Shown here: positions 21,801-29,365 of the stretch, one piece after another
How the letters are laid out: each line of letters starts with the position of its first letter
How positions within the stretch are numbered: the first letter of the stretch is position 1
The notes under the pieces: model-generated
The model's input: the letters and a program-made list of their open reading frames with translations, nothing else
What the model was told of the DNA's origin: nothing
The model's database searches: none
Position numbers and translations under genes: made by a program
From: Phycisphaerae bacterium
GTDB lineage: Bacteria > Planctomycetota > Phycisphaerae > Tepidisphaerales > Tepidisphaeraceae
Reading direction: 5' to 3'
Length of the DNA: 64,000 nt
Assembly: GCA_026004655.1 (NCBI GenBank)
Contig: BPJO01000003.1
Coordinates: 122,254 to 186,253 of the forward strand

Positions 21801-22677
21801 AAATCATACGTTGGAAATTGAGTTACTGGATCCGGGCGCGCGTGCTGCGTTGATGGTCGATTTCCTGGCCAAGAACGAACAAGGAGATTCATTAGCTATT
21901 ATCAGTGACGACCGTTGGGAGGTGTCACGGGACGCAGGGCCTTGGCAGAAGGTTTCGATTTTATCCAAACCTGAACCGGAAAATGCCGCATGGGGGTTGT
22001 ATCGTCGTCCCCATCCTTTGCCGGCTTCGAGCTGGATTGAAGGTCCACAATCCGGTGCGGTGTTGGATATTCGTTTATGCCCTATTCTGGAAAAACCGTG
22101 CCGGCAATGGCTCGAGTGGGTGATTCCTCCCGGCGCTGTTGCCATGCGTTTGCCTCTGGCTGAGTATCATTCGTTGTCTCTGTGGATCGATGGTTTGAAA
22201 CACGATATCAGGGACACCGAGCGGATTTCACTGCCCGGCGGGCCTTGTCGACGAGCGATCCTGTCGGTTGATTCTGCCGAGTGGGGAGGGGGCCTGCTGA
22301 AGGCACCCGTGACCTACCAATGGGCTGAAGACGGAGGACTGCTGTATACCGGATCCTGGTTAAAACAAGGATTGCGATCTTATTCCGGTGCGATCCGGAT
22401 GCATCAACATCTGCAATTAACAGGTAACGAATCGATTTTGGATCTTGGTCGTGTTCGAGGTACGGTCCAAGCCTTGGTCAACGGGAAATCCGCCGGGGTA
22501 CGCTTTATGTCACCTTACCGGTTCGATATTTCCGCAGTAGTGACAAAAGGCGACAATCACCTGGAGCTGGTGGTTACCAATACGCTGGTAAATCACTTGT
22601 CCACATGGAGTCCGTCTGGGTGGTGGTCGGCGGATCAACTGGAATGCGGCGTGTTCGGACCGGTCAGAATCGGCTAA
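18865..22677 (+). CDS. Large GH106-like glycoside hydrolase (alpha-L-rhamnosidase-type family), 1270 aa
   Basis: The N-terminus FVDPDPRFGPIPAWWWSGDKLSWDRMQWQMDQMFGMGIRNLVI matches GH106-type proteins as I recall them. So does the C-terminal galactose-binding-like end (GTVQALVNGKSAGVRFMSPYRFDIS...GDNHLELVVTNTLVNHL). Confidence 0.55.
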   Translation: MTATEFLSQFVDPDPRFGPIPAWWWSGDKLSWDRMQWQMDQMFGMGIRNLVIINLAPNGTLFASEPDDPPFLSELWWDYFRKTCDYAAQKGMKILFYDQIGFSGANFQADLIASNPQFSALQLKRLSVEGHGRLSLQCPGAGQPLAAYLVKDSSVQYVELEKDKSVVVHTDVHAKLSLVYTVRQGFDLFSVPACQALLDTVHRQFEKRLPDHIGKTIIGSFQDELPELPTWGVDFAESFKQTYGYDLPSVIHRLFEPGDDQSRLTRIHYHSHRAQRAERSFFKPFYEWHESHGMACGFDQQSPAREARVLGCTQKYADYMRVHQWYGMPGCDLHGNGKLHSSIAHLHRRKRVWLEGFHSTGWGGTIADTFDWLLPYLRSGSNLYNPHAIYYSTRKGWWEWAPPSTCWRQPYAMHYKPFAEMIARLCKLLTQGVHQATAGVLFPTTTVQSALGPWEGFDEAKQTDQVLHETIGSMRWHQEKIGPLDEIGIDYHLLNDQAIASATLTGDRLDVAGTLLQVIILPKVTAIDARAADKLIGFARQGGKIISINSARALTTQGQWIEWSDIGTVIQHADQLKDLLQSIDRPFRAPVQVMHRKISEDLDLLFVPAITGMATVVKWPGWFEKMEHTTIVSDRYAKELLLQLPEPCRVFRFDPTDGSIRSLSVNNTQFTIDFEGCPFAVLVVERQSSSQTDVRIQPKPHRNLPNEWQVFYHPTLPQEFVDTHDPLRPELCWPHTTEFSWEMTPEDRSAGLRKPEAVLSGFGGRAWKKSDKTDREPVIYSPEFGIAQDRLHIHTLGPKGHVPEEFIDLGKISPDDPVTVHVAMEIEKPQKAILMVGSSARKHARLNGKEVGSCIDRYQWVTDPLSLESGRNELQLTLAVAKEQNVRLWWCWVDPQRVTECVRPERIWLDATPVFGTKILYRRVFDCATTLTDGQVKVSVAALAKVWLDGKLIGQQGGCDPYRPMMRGNVYKLPELSPGNHTLEIELLDPGARAALMVDFLAKNEQGDSLAIISDDRWEVSRDAGPWQKVSILSKPEPENAAWGLYRRPHPLPASSWIEGPQSGAVLDIRLCPILEKPCRQWLEWVIPPGAVAMRLPLAEYHSLSLWIDGLKHDIRDTERISLPGGPCRRAILSVDSAEWGGGLLKAPVTYQWAEDGGLLYTGSWLKQGLRSYSGAIRMHQHLQLTGNESILDLGRVRGTVQALVNGKSAGVRFMSPYRFDISAVVTKGDNHLELVVTNTLVNHLSTWSPSGWWSADQLECGVFGPVRIG

Positions 22678-23765
22678 GAATTCATTAAAAATTCCAAACC
22701 GTGTTCTGCTAAGATTGATCGGACAGTAACGGGTTTGCGGGTTTGCAGGCTGACTTCCATGGCTCGCATCACAGCAACAGTCCCGATGCCCTCAGCAATG
22801 TCCGGTTTTGGAGTTTTTCCTTCCGCCAGACATTTGGCAAAGTGTTCGATGTAATTCTGATATTCCCCGGCATGGTGGGATTTTCCCCCGAACCGAAAAT
22901 AATAACCGGCTAAGTGGTTGAAGTTGTATTGGACCATTCCCTCGCCGGTGAAATGAGTGCTGTACCTTAAGTCAGAATAATCCGCTTGGCTCGTGCCTTT
23001 GAGACCGCGGAGAATACAGCTCATGCTGCTATCACGGTCACTATTCCCATAGGGTCCTGAATAATGACCGCTGATACGGGCGATTTTGCCGCTGTCGGTG
23101 GTCAGTACAAAATGCATGGCATCGGGATCTGTCAACCCAAGCGACCGTCCGTTTTCGGTCAGAGTCCCGTAACCCATCACTTCGGCAATATCGGGCAAAT
23201 ACCATCGGACAAGATCGACCGGATGAGAAAGTCCTCCGTAAAGCCATTTCAATCCCCCGTTCCGAGCCCAGTCGCGCTTCATAAACCAACGATTATCGGC
23301 GTTGTAATAGGCTTCGACAGAATAGAGTTCCCCATGCCTTCCGGATTCATAATCGGCACGCTGACGGATCATCGGTTCAAAAAAACGGGTAGACTGACCG
23401 ACGTATACATATTTCCCCGACTTCTGGCCGATGTCCAGGAGGTCCTTCGCCGAATCCAGTCGATCTATGAGGGGTTTGGTGCAAATGACGTGTTTTCCTG
23501 CTTCCAGGCATTGCCTGATATGAGAAGCGTGCAACGGATCGGGGGTATAAATTCCGATCACATCGATCGTCCGGTCATTTAAAAGATCATCGAATCGGGT
23601 GGTGTAATGAGGGAAATTGAACTCGGCTGTACGTTGTTTGCACAGGTCTTCATTTATATCACAGATTCGGACAAGCTCCCACCATTCAGATTCGAGCGCT
23701 GCTGAGATGATCGAACGACCTTCACCGAGTCCTAAGACACCAAGTTTAAGTTTTTTCTGCGACAT
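22674..23765 (-). CDS. Gfo/Idh/MocA-family NAD(P)-dependent oxidoreductase
   Basis: 363 aa. The Rossmann N-terminus LKLGVLGLGEGRS and the motif HVICTKPL are present. Its stop overlaps the convergent GH106-like stop by 4 nt. Confidence 0.8.
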   Translation of the reverse strand: MSQKKLKLGVLGLGEGRSIISAALESEWWELVRICDINEDLCKQRTAEFNFPHYTTRFDDLLNDRTIDVIGIYTPDPLHASHIRQCLEAGKHVICTKPLIDRLDSAKDLLDIGQKSGKYVYVGQSTRFFEPMIRQRADYESGRHGELYSVEAYYNADNRWFMKRDWARNGGLKWLYGGLSHPVDLVRWYLPDIAEVMGYGTLTENGRSLGLTDPDAMHFVLTTDSGKIARISGHYSGPYGNSDRDSSMSCILRGLKGTSQADYSDLRYSTHFTGEGMVQYNFNHLAGYYFRFGGKSHHAGEYQNYIEHFAKCLAEGKTPKPDIAEGIGTVAVMRAMEVSLQTRKPVTVRSILAEHGLEFLMNS

Positions 23766-23791
23766 AAGTTTCTATTGACTATTTTTGATCT

Positions 23792-25975
23792 TTAGCGGTT
23801 ATTGCTGTTTACTTCCGAATGATCCTGATGAGGAGTGATCGAACCGTTTTCAACGATCCAGTTCAAATAATGTTCGAGATTGGTGTATCCGTCTTCACGA
23901 TACTCGGCCTGGTCTGCGGGGTTGTTCGGATCCGTTCCGAGTCGTTGTTCGAACCAATCGGGGATTCCGTCCATGTCCAGATCGGACGGGGCAGGACCGT
24001 TTTTTAGTTCGGGCCAACCACCGACGTCTTTTTGCGAGTCAATGATTCCGGGAGTATTTCCACGGCTTCCACTGAAGGTATGCGTTCGATGGGTGACGTC
24101 ATGAATGGCACGGAGGTCGACGGCATCGTGATGGGGAATATTCGCACCCACATCCGACAAAACGGTTTCCAAAAGCCGTTCGGTCGGGGTTGTTGTGACA
24201 TAAGAAGGAAACAGCTCGACCGCAGATCGTAATTTCTCTTGGGTGCCCGGAGGGACTTTAGAGAAATTGATCGCACCGCTGGTCCAATTATCGGGAAGGT
24301 ACTCTTGTCTGCCTTCCATAGCGTTGCCTTCGATGTAATAGAGCTGGGGATCATTCGGCCAGAAGTTTTCGGGCATCATGATGTGAAAGACACGGGTTGC
24401 CGGACCGGGAATGTAAAGATTATTGACGAAATTCATTCGTTTGACACCACCGTCGGTCGTTCGGTGCTGCCAGTTGTAAATGACGTTGTTTCGGATATCC
24501 AGTGAGCCGGCGATTTTACCGGCCCGATCCAAACCTCCTGCCAACGACCAGTTGCGTCCGGCACAATGAGTAACCAGATTATGATGAAAGCTACCGATTT
24601 CACCGGAAATGCTTCCGGCGAAGCTATGCCCCTTGCCCTGTGCGTATTTGGCATGACCGGCGATATTCAATGCTTCGGTCACGATGGATTTCTGAAAGGT
24701 GATATTGGCAGCTCCACGAGAGCTGACGGCTTCGTCGATACTCCAGCTGACCGAGCAATGATCTATGATGCTATGATCCGTGCTGGCAAACCCCGTTCCG
24801 TCCATGGTCTGTCCGGATTCATCTCCCACACGGATGCGCATGTACCGAATGATGGAATCATGTGTGCCGTAATTTCCGAAAGTGTATCCTCGGACTGCAA
24901 TCCCGTCGCCGGGGGCTGTTTGACCTGCGATGGTGATATAGGGGTTTCGGATAACCAGCTTGCTTTTGAGCTTAATGGTTCCTCCGACACGAAAGACCAC
25001 CGTGCGTGGGCCTTCGGCTTCGACAGCCTCACGCAGCGTACCGGGTCCGGAATCTTCCAAGCTCGTCACGTTATATACTTTCCCACCCCGTCCACCGATG
25101 GCGAAGCGTCCATACCCTTCAGCCCCGGGAAAGGCGAGTCTTCGGATGCGAAAACGCCACAAATCTCCGGGAACGACGGTTCCGTCACTTCTGAGAGTAT
25201 CGACTCGCCAGTAATACGCCGGAATCGCAACTGATAATCCGCTGGTCTGATACTTCGGCTCGGAAGTCTCAGCCACTTGTTTCAGTTGATCAGGGTCTGT
25301 TCCGAGGTAAACACGATACGAAGAACCGCTTTGCGAAGGAGCTTGCCAACTCAACAGCGGATTCTCTGGAGCGTGTTCGTCCCGGTCGTGAGGAAATGGA
25401 CGAGTGGCTTTCTGCGAGGGGTCTGAAACATCCAGTTCTAAACCGTTGAGGATGACCTGTCCGGATTCGGATACGAGTCGAATAGTGACATCTTGACCTT
25501 GTTCGGCCTGGAATGTGACGTAACCCGTAGCTGCATCGAACTGGTCAGAAACACGGATTGTCGGAGTCACAACCGTATGTGACGATTGTACCTGGATATG
25601 AATGGGGGTCGGGCTGATCTTGTCATCGGTCAGATTGTGATAGGTCACCAGGGAATGTCGGCCCGGCGGCAAACCCCGGAGGATGATTTGAATGCCAGGT
25701 GCCATGACTCCGTCACTCGTAACCGTTGCACGCGTATCGTAGCCAGCTTTCCACATCACGGTCGTGAGCGTTCCCTGAGTTGCCCGCAGAGTCAGGCGGA
25801 CCGAATCCACGTCCCGATCTACTTCGGTGACCGAATCCGGAACCCTCCAATTGGTCCAGCCCGTGGACAACTGGTCTTTTCGGTCATTGTCGGCATTGAG
25901 ATCGATCCGAAATGCCCAGACCGGAACGGTCGTCAATAAAACGATGAGCAACGGTTGAATCCAACGATTCTTCAT
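23792..25975 (-). CDS. Secreted pectate lyase (PL1-like) with N-terminal beta-sandwich/FN3-like modules and a C-terminal TSP3-like Asp-rich tail
   Basis: Track ORF 23792..26053, trimmed to ATG 25975 (MKNRWIQPLLIVLLTTVPVWAF signal peptide). The PL1-type core reads FPGAEGYGRFAIGGRGGKVYNVTSLEDSGPGTLREAVE...ITIAGQTAPGDGI. The tail reads DLDMDGIPDWFEQRLGTDPNNPAD. Confidence 0.75.
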   Translation of the reverse strand: MKNRWIQPLLIVLLTTVPVWAFRIDLNADNDRKDQLSTGWTNWRVPDSVTEVDRDVDSVRLTLRATQGTLTTVMWKAGYDTRATVTSDGVMAPGIQIILRGLPPGRHSLVTYHNLTDDKISPTPIHIQVQSSHTVVTPTIRVSDQFDAATGYVTFQAEQGQDVTIRLVSESGQVILNGLELDVSDPSQKATRPFPHDRDEHAPENPLLSWQAPSQSGSSYRVYLGTDPDQLKQVAETSEPKYQTSGLSVAIPAYYWRVDTLRSDGTVVPGDLWRFRIRRLAFPGAEGYGRFAIGGRGGKVYNVTSLEDSGPGTLREAVEAEGPRTVVFRVGGTIKLKSKLVIRNPYITIAGQTAPGDGIAVRGYTFGNYGTHDSIIRYMRIRVGDESGQTMDGTGFASTDHSIIDHCSVSWSIDEAVSSRGAANITFQKSIVTEALNIAGHAKYAQGKGHSFAGSISGEIGSFHHNLVTHCAGRNWSLAGGLDRAGKIAGSLDIRNNVIYNWQHRTTDGGVKRMNFVNNLYIPGPATRVFHIMMPENFWPNDPQLYYIEGNAMEGRQEYLPDNWTSGAINFSKVPPGTQEKLRSAVELFPSYVTTTPTERLLETVLSDVGANIPHHDAVDLRAIHDVTHRTHTFSGSRGNTPGIIDSQKDVGGWPELKNGPAPSDLDMDGIPDWFEQRLGTDPNNPADQAEYREDGYTNLEHYLNWIVENGSITPHQDHSEVNSNNR

Positions 25976-26049
25976 CCTCACACATCTCCTGCCGAAAAAG
26001 TAGGTTTCAGAATATCCGTGACGGGTGGTGGAAAGATTGCGTGATCGCG

Positions 26050-26724
26050 TCAACTTATTACACGATCGCGCAATATCTGAACGATTCTCTGTACCGCCAG
26101 TCTGGGGCTGGACAAAACAGGAATGTCCATCTGCCCGTTTGGTAGGGCGTCGATAGCCCGGGCCATCGATGCTTGAGCAAGAAGAACGACATCCACTTTT
26201 TCGGCCAATTGTCGTACAGCGTTGGCGACGAGTTGATCGTGTTTTTGGGTGTCCCCGTTCATGACCGCCGAAAAGGCACCCTCGATCACATTTGCAAAAA
26301 TTTGAACCTGTCTGGACTGTTGAACGGATTTTTGCTGAACGAGAGATCGCGTCGGGTCAAGGGTCGAAGGGAGTGTTGCGACGATCCCGATGCGTGTACC
26401 GATTGCAACTGCCTGGTCGACCATGGCTTCGTCAGCACGAAGAACCGTTGCGGGAACCAATACCCGGGATGCTTCTACGGCAGGACCCATCGACGAACAC
26501 GTGACCAGGATGACGCCGGCCCCGGCATCCGAAGCTGACAACACATGACCGCAAAGCCTTCGAGCCGTCCCAGGGGGACAGGTCCCGTGTTCGATAATAT
26601 CGCACAGGAGACTTTCATCCACCATGTTGAAAACCCTTGCCAAGGAACCGATTTGTTCATCGATCAGGGGTTTAAATACTGGAATCATGGAGGGGGATGT
26701 ATGAATCAATGCAACAACACTCAT
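26050..26724 (-). CDS. Asp/Glu/hydantoin-racemase-fold protein (single conserved Cys)
   Basis: 224 aa. The first active-site-like motif VILVTCSSMG places Cys at residue 76. The second motif position reads LLAQASMA, with Ser rather than Cys. A 4-nt start/stop overlap links it to the upstream kinase gene. Confidence 0.65.
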   Translation of the reverse strand: MSVVALIHTSPSMIPVFKPLIDEQIGSLARVFNMVDESLLCDIIEHGTCPPGTARRLCGHVLSASDAGAGVILVTCSSMGPAVEASRVLVPATVLRADEAMVDQAVAIGTRIGIVATLPSTLDPTRSLVQQKSVQQSRQVQIFANVIEGAFSAVMNGDTQKHDQLVANAVRQLAEKVDVVLLAQASMARAIDALPNGQMDIPVLSSPRLAVQRIVQILRDRVIS

Positions 26725-27944
26725 GATCTGGTTTCTCCTTGGAATGCACGGATAAAAAAATCCTTGGAACCGACTTGTCCACCTTTAAAGACCAGTTCCA
26801 AGCCGTCGGCGGGAGAGCCAGGGGCAGATGCCATGACAACCGGTGCACCGCGGACCAAAGGCGCGACCATCCTCAGAGAAGCAATTCTCAGATGGCGAGC
26901 AATCGCTCCGGACGTATCACCCCCAGCTATAACCAAACGGGAAATTTTCACATTCTCCAGAACCCGCAAGGCTGATTCTGCCATCAACCGACTGACTTCT
27001 CGTGCGTCGGTCCGATTTACAGAAGGGTTTGTATGAAGTACAACGTCCTGCCCACATCTTAAGAGATGGATTACGTCTTCGTGTGCCCGCTCGGTCAGAA
27101 CAACTTCCTTAAACCCACTCTGCAGGGCGAAACATGTTTGCCCGATCGAAACCGGAGAACAACTTCCACACATAACCAACCGGGGACCGATAGAAGGCTT
27201 GTAGGACAACGGTTTTGCAGAAAACGACCATCGAGTAAGCAAGGATGACTCCACTCCGGACGAACCTACGATGAATCGAGCTTCCTTCGGACGATCCAGA
27301 ATCAGACCCATAGCATGAAGGTCCTGATGAGTTAGAGTATCAAACAACGCAATATGTCCGGGAGAAATTGCTGGAGGCGAAAACAAAAAACGTACGTCGA
27401 TCAGCTCGATCGGACGACGCGTCTGCTTTGCTAAATGCTTCACCAAGTCGGCTTCGGTCATGGGGGTGATAGGATGTTGACTGACCGATGGATGACGGTC
27501 CAACCGATAAACCGACCCGTCGGAACCATATCGTGCAAACAGATTCCCAAAAACGCAGTATCGACCCAGCGACGGGGCGCCGGGCATGACCGGAATGTAG
27601 CGAGGTTTTAGTTGATCAAATGCAACATCAATGGCGCGTCCGATCGAACCGATATCCGGAGAAGAGTCAAAAGTGCTGCAAACCTTGTAATGAATCAGCC
27701 GAACAGGTAGCGCAGCTACCCGTGGTAGCAGATCTTTCAGAACATGCTCGATCTGATCGGCCGACTCGGATCGCAAATCCGTTGCAATACCAAACGCATC
27801 AAGACCCGCAATGTCTTGAACCGACGGAACATAAGTGAACAGAGATGTCCGAAGCCCTCCCAAGGTCAGCAGTTCAAGCGCATCGGTACTGCCTGTAAAA
27901 TCATCTCCGATGAAACAAAGCCATGAAGTGGGGGACATGCTCAA
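26721..27944 (-). CDS. Four-carbon acid-sugar kinase family protein (DUF1537)
   Basis: 407 aa. The N-terminus CFIGDDFTGSTDALELL and the C-terminal nucleotide-binding half (LVIAGGDTSGAI) are typical of DUF1537 kinases. It has 4-nt overlaps with both neighbours. Confidence 0.75.
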   Translation of the reverse strand: MSMSPTSWLCFIGDDFTGSTDALELLTLGGLRTSLFTYVPSVQDIAGLDAFGIATDLRSESADQIEHVLKDLLPRVAALPVRLIHYKVCSTFDSSPDIGSIGRAIDVAFDQLKPRYIPVMPGAPSLGRYCVFGNLFARYGSDGSVYRLDRHPSVSQHPITPMTEADLVKHLAKQTRRPIELIDVRFLFSPPAISPGHIALFDTLTHQDLHAMGLILDRPKEARFIVGSSGVESSLLTRWSFSAKPLSYKPSIGPRLVMCGSCSPVSIGQTCFALQSGFKEVVLTERAHEDVIHLLRCGQDVVLHTNPSVNRTDAREVSRLMAESALRVLENVKISRLVIAGGDTSGAIARHLRIASLRMVAPLVRGAPVVMASAPGSPADGLELVFKGGQVGSKDFFIRAFQGETRS

Positions 27945-29200
27945 TCCGACTTTTTGAACTTTTGCATGCTTTGACGCAATTCCGGATGAGTTTTGGCGTA
28001 CTCATCCAAGGATATTCCTGCAACAGCGGCTTCCCAGGCCTGTCGCAGAGCAGCGACCCCCGCAGCATGTCCGGACGGATGAGCGGCAATCCCCCCACCG
28101 GCCAAATATAACAGATCGGTTGTGGCAACTCTGCGATAGGTTTCAGGGGCTTGCAAACCCGTTTGCCCGCTGGAAATGACCGGGCAAATAGATTTCTGTT
28201 CTCCGAGTTTTTTTCGACAGGCTTTGATTGACGCTACCACCGAATCGTCCGGTTCCCAAAACTTGTTGGCAATCCCGTTCACATGGATCTGGTCCACCCC
28301 TGCCAAACGCCAGAGTTTCTGATAGGCGGCAAAATCTATCCCTAAAAGTGGATGGCGATTGAGCATACCCCATCCGTTGCGGTGACCATGGATGGCCAAC
28401 TCCCCACGGTCGCAGATATGTTTTACCGCTGACATCCCGACGGTGTTCAGGCTGATCATGGCACAGGTCCCCTCGAGTTCAACGATCCGGTCATAGTGAC
28501 GTTTCATCGCGTCCAGCTCGTCGCTGATGTTGCAAGCGTACATGACCTTTTTCCCGGTTTTTTGGGCATGATCATTGATGACGCGCATGACAGCCTCCAG
28601 ACGACGATCGAAAGGGGAATGAGGGCTGTTGGCTTGGAGTTCATCATCTTTGATGAAATCGATGTCTGCTTCGACGAGTTGTTTGACGACGCTGGCCGTT
28701 TGTTCGGGGGACAAACCAACACTGGGTTTGATGATGGTTCCGATGATCGGGCGGGAGGAACCGACACCGGTCAGAAGTCGCGTTCCTTCCACGCCGAATG
28801 CCGGTCCACGAAAATGACGCACGAAACCAGCCGGGGGGGTGAAATCCATCAGCTTCAGACCTGAAAACTGTGCCAGTTCGTAAAGATTACCCTGTAGCGT
28901 ACTGATTAGAACGGGCAGATTTGTCCCAAAATTATGGACCGGCCAGGAAATGGTGATCCGTCCGCGAGTGTAATGGGCAGGACGAACGGGACTCCGTGAA
29001 CCGGGTAGGGATGGTTCGGAGACCGTTTCAAGCTCTTCGACGGATTCTACCCTCGCAGCATAGGCGGCTTTGAGTTCTTCTGTTTCGCCAGGAACTGCGA
29101 CAAAAGTCCCCGAAGACTGCTCGCCAGCCAATATTTCTGCTGCGTCACTCAAAGAAAGCGGTGTCTCAACATAATAGGTGGCAGTTAGACGTTCCGACAC
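27941..29200 (-). CDS. RuBisCO-like protein (RLP, form IV RuBisCO large-subunit family)
   Basis: 419 aa. Motifs: IIKPSVGLSPEQ, DIDFIKDDELQ (equivalent to the carbamylated-Lys KDDE motif), HGHRNGWG and GGGIAAHP. The protein is too short and too divergent for a bona fide form I-III enzyme, and no small-subunit or CBB genes are nearby. Confidence 0.8.
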   Translation of the reverse strand: MSERLTATYYVETPLSLSDAAEILAGEQSSGTFVAVPGETEELKAAYAARVESVEELETVSEPSLPGSRSPVRPAHYTRGRITISWPVHNFGTNLPVLISTLQGNLYELAQFSGLKLMDFTPPAGFVRHFRGPAFGVEGTRLLTGVGSSRPIIGTIIKPSVGLSPEQTASVVKQLVEADIDFIKDDELQANSPHSPFDRRLEAVMRVINDHAQKTGKKVMYACNISDELDAMKRHYDRIVELEGTCAMISLNTVGMSAVKHICDRGELAIHGHRNGWGMLNRHPLLGIDFAAYQKLWRLAGVDQIHVNGIANKFWEPDDSVVASIKACRKKLGEQKSICPVISSGQTGLQAPETYRRVATTDLLYLAGGGIAAHPSGHAAGVAALRQAWEAAVAGISLDEYAKTHPELRQSMQKFKKSD

Positions 29201-29365
29201 GTCATTTTCTCCTTCTTATTCATCCGTTGGCTCGATCCAATTTATCACCTTTGATAATCCTGTACCGGTAATACCAGAAAGTCATTGCACGAGTGCACGT
29301 GTGGTTTGGAGATTCTGCCGATTCGATGTTGGAAACGGGTTTATCTACGTTAGTCTAGTGGGTTC

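Noticed and set aside
22674-22677. Convergent genes (GH106-like and Gfo/Idh/MocA) overlapping by 4 nt at their stop codons (CTAA). There are also many 1- to 4-nt start/stop overlaps elsewhere (1690-1693, 4755, 15393, 26721-26724, 27941-27944)
   Set aside because: This is common in compact bacterial operons. It indicates translational coupling and tight packing but is not unusual in itself.
29286-29301. Short overlapping palindromes (TGCAC-GA-GTGCA, GTGCAC, CACGTG) in the divergent promoter between the RLP operon and the GH95-like gene
   Set aside because: They are too short and too common by chance to support an operator call without comparative evidence.
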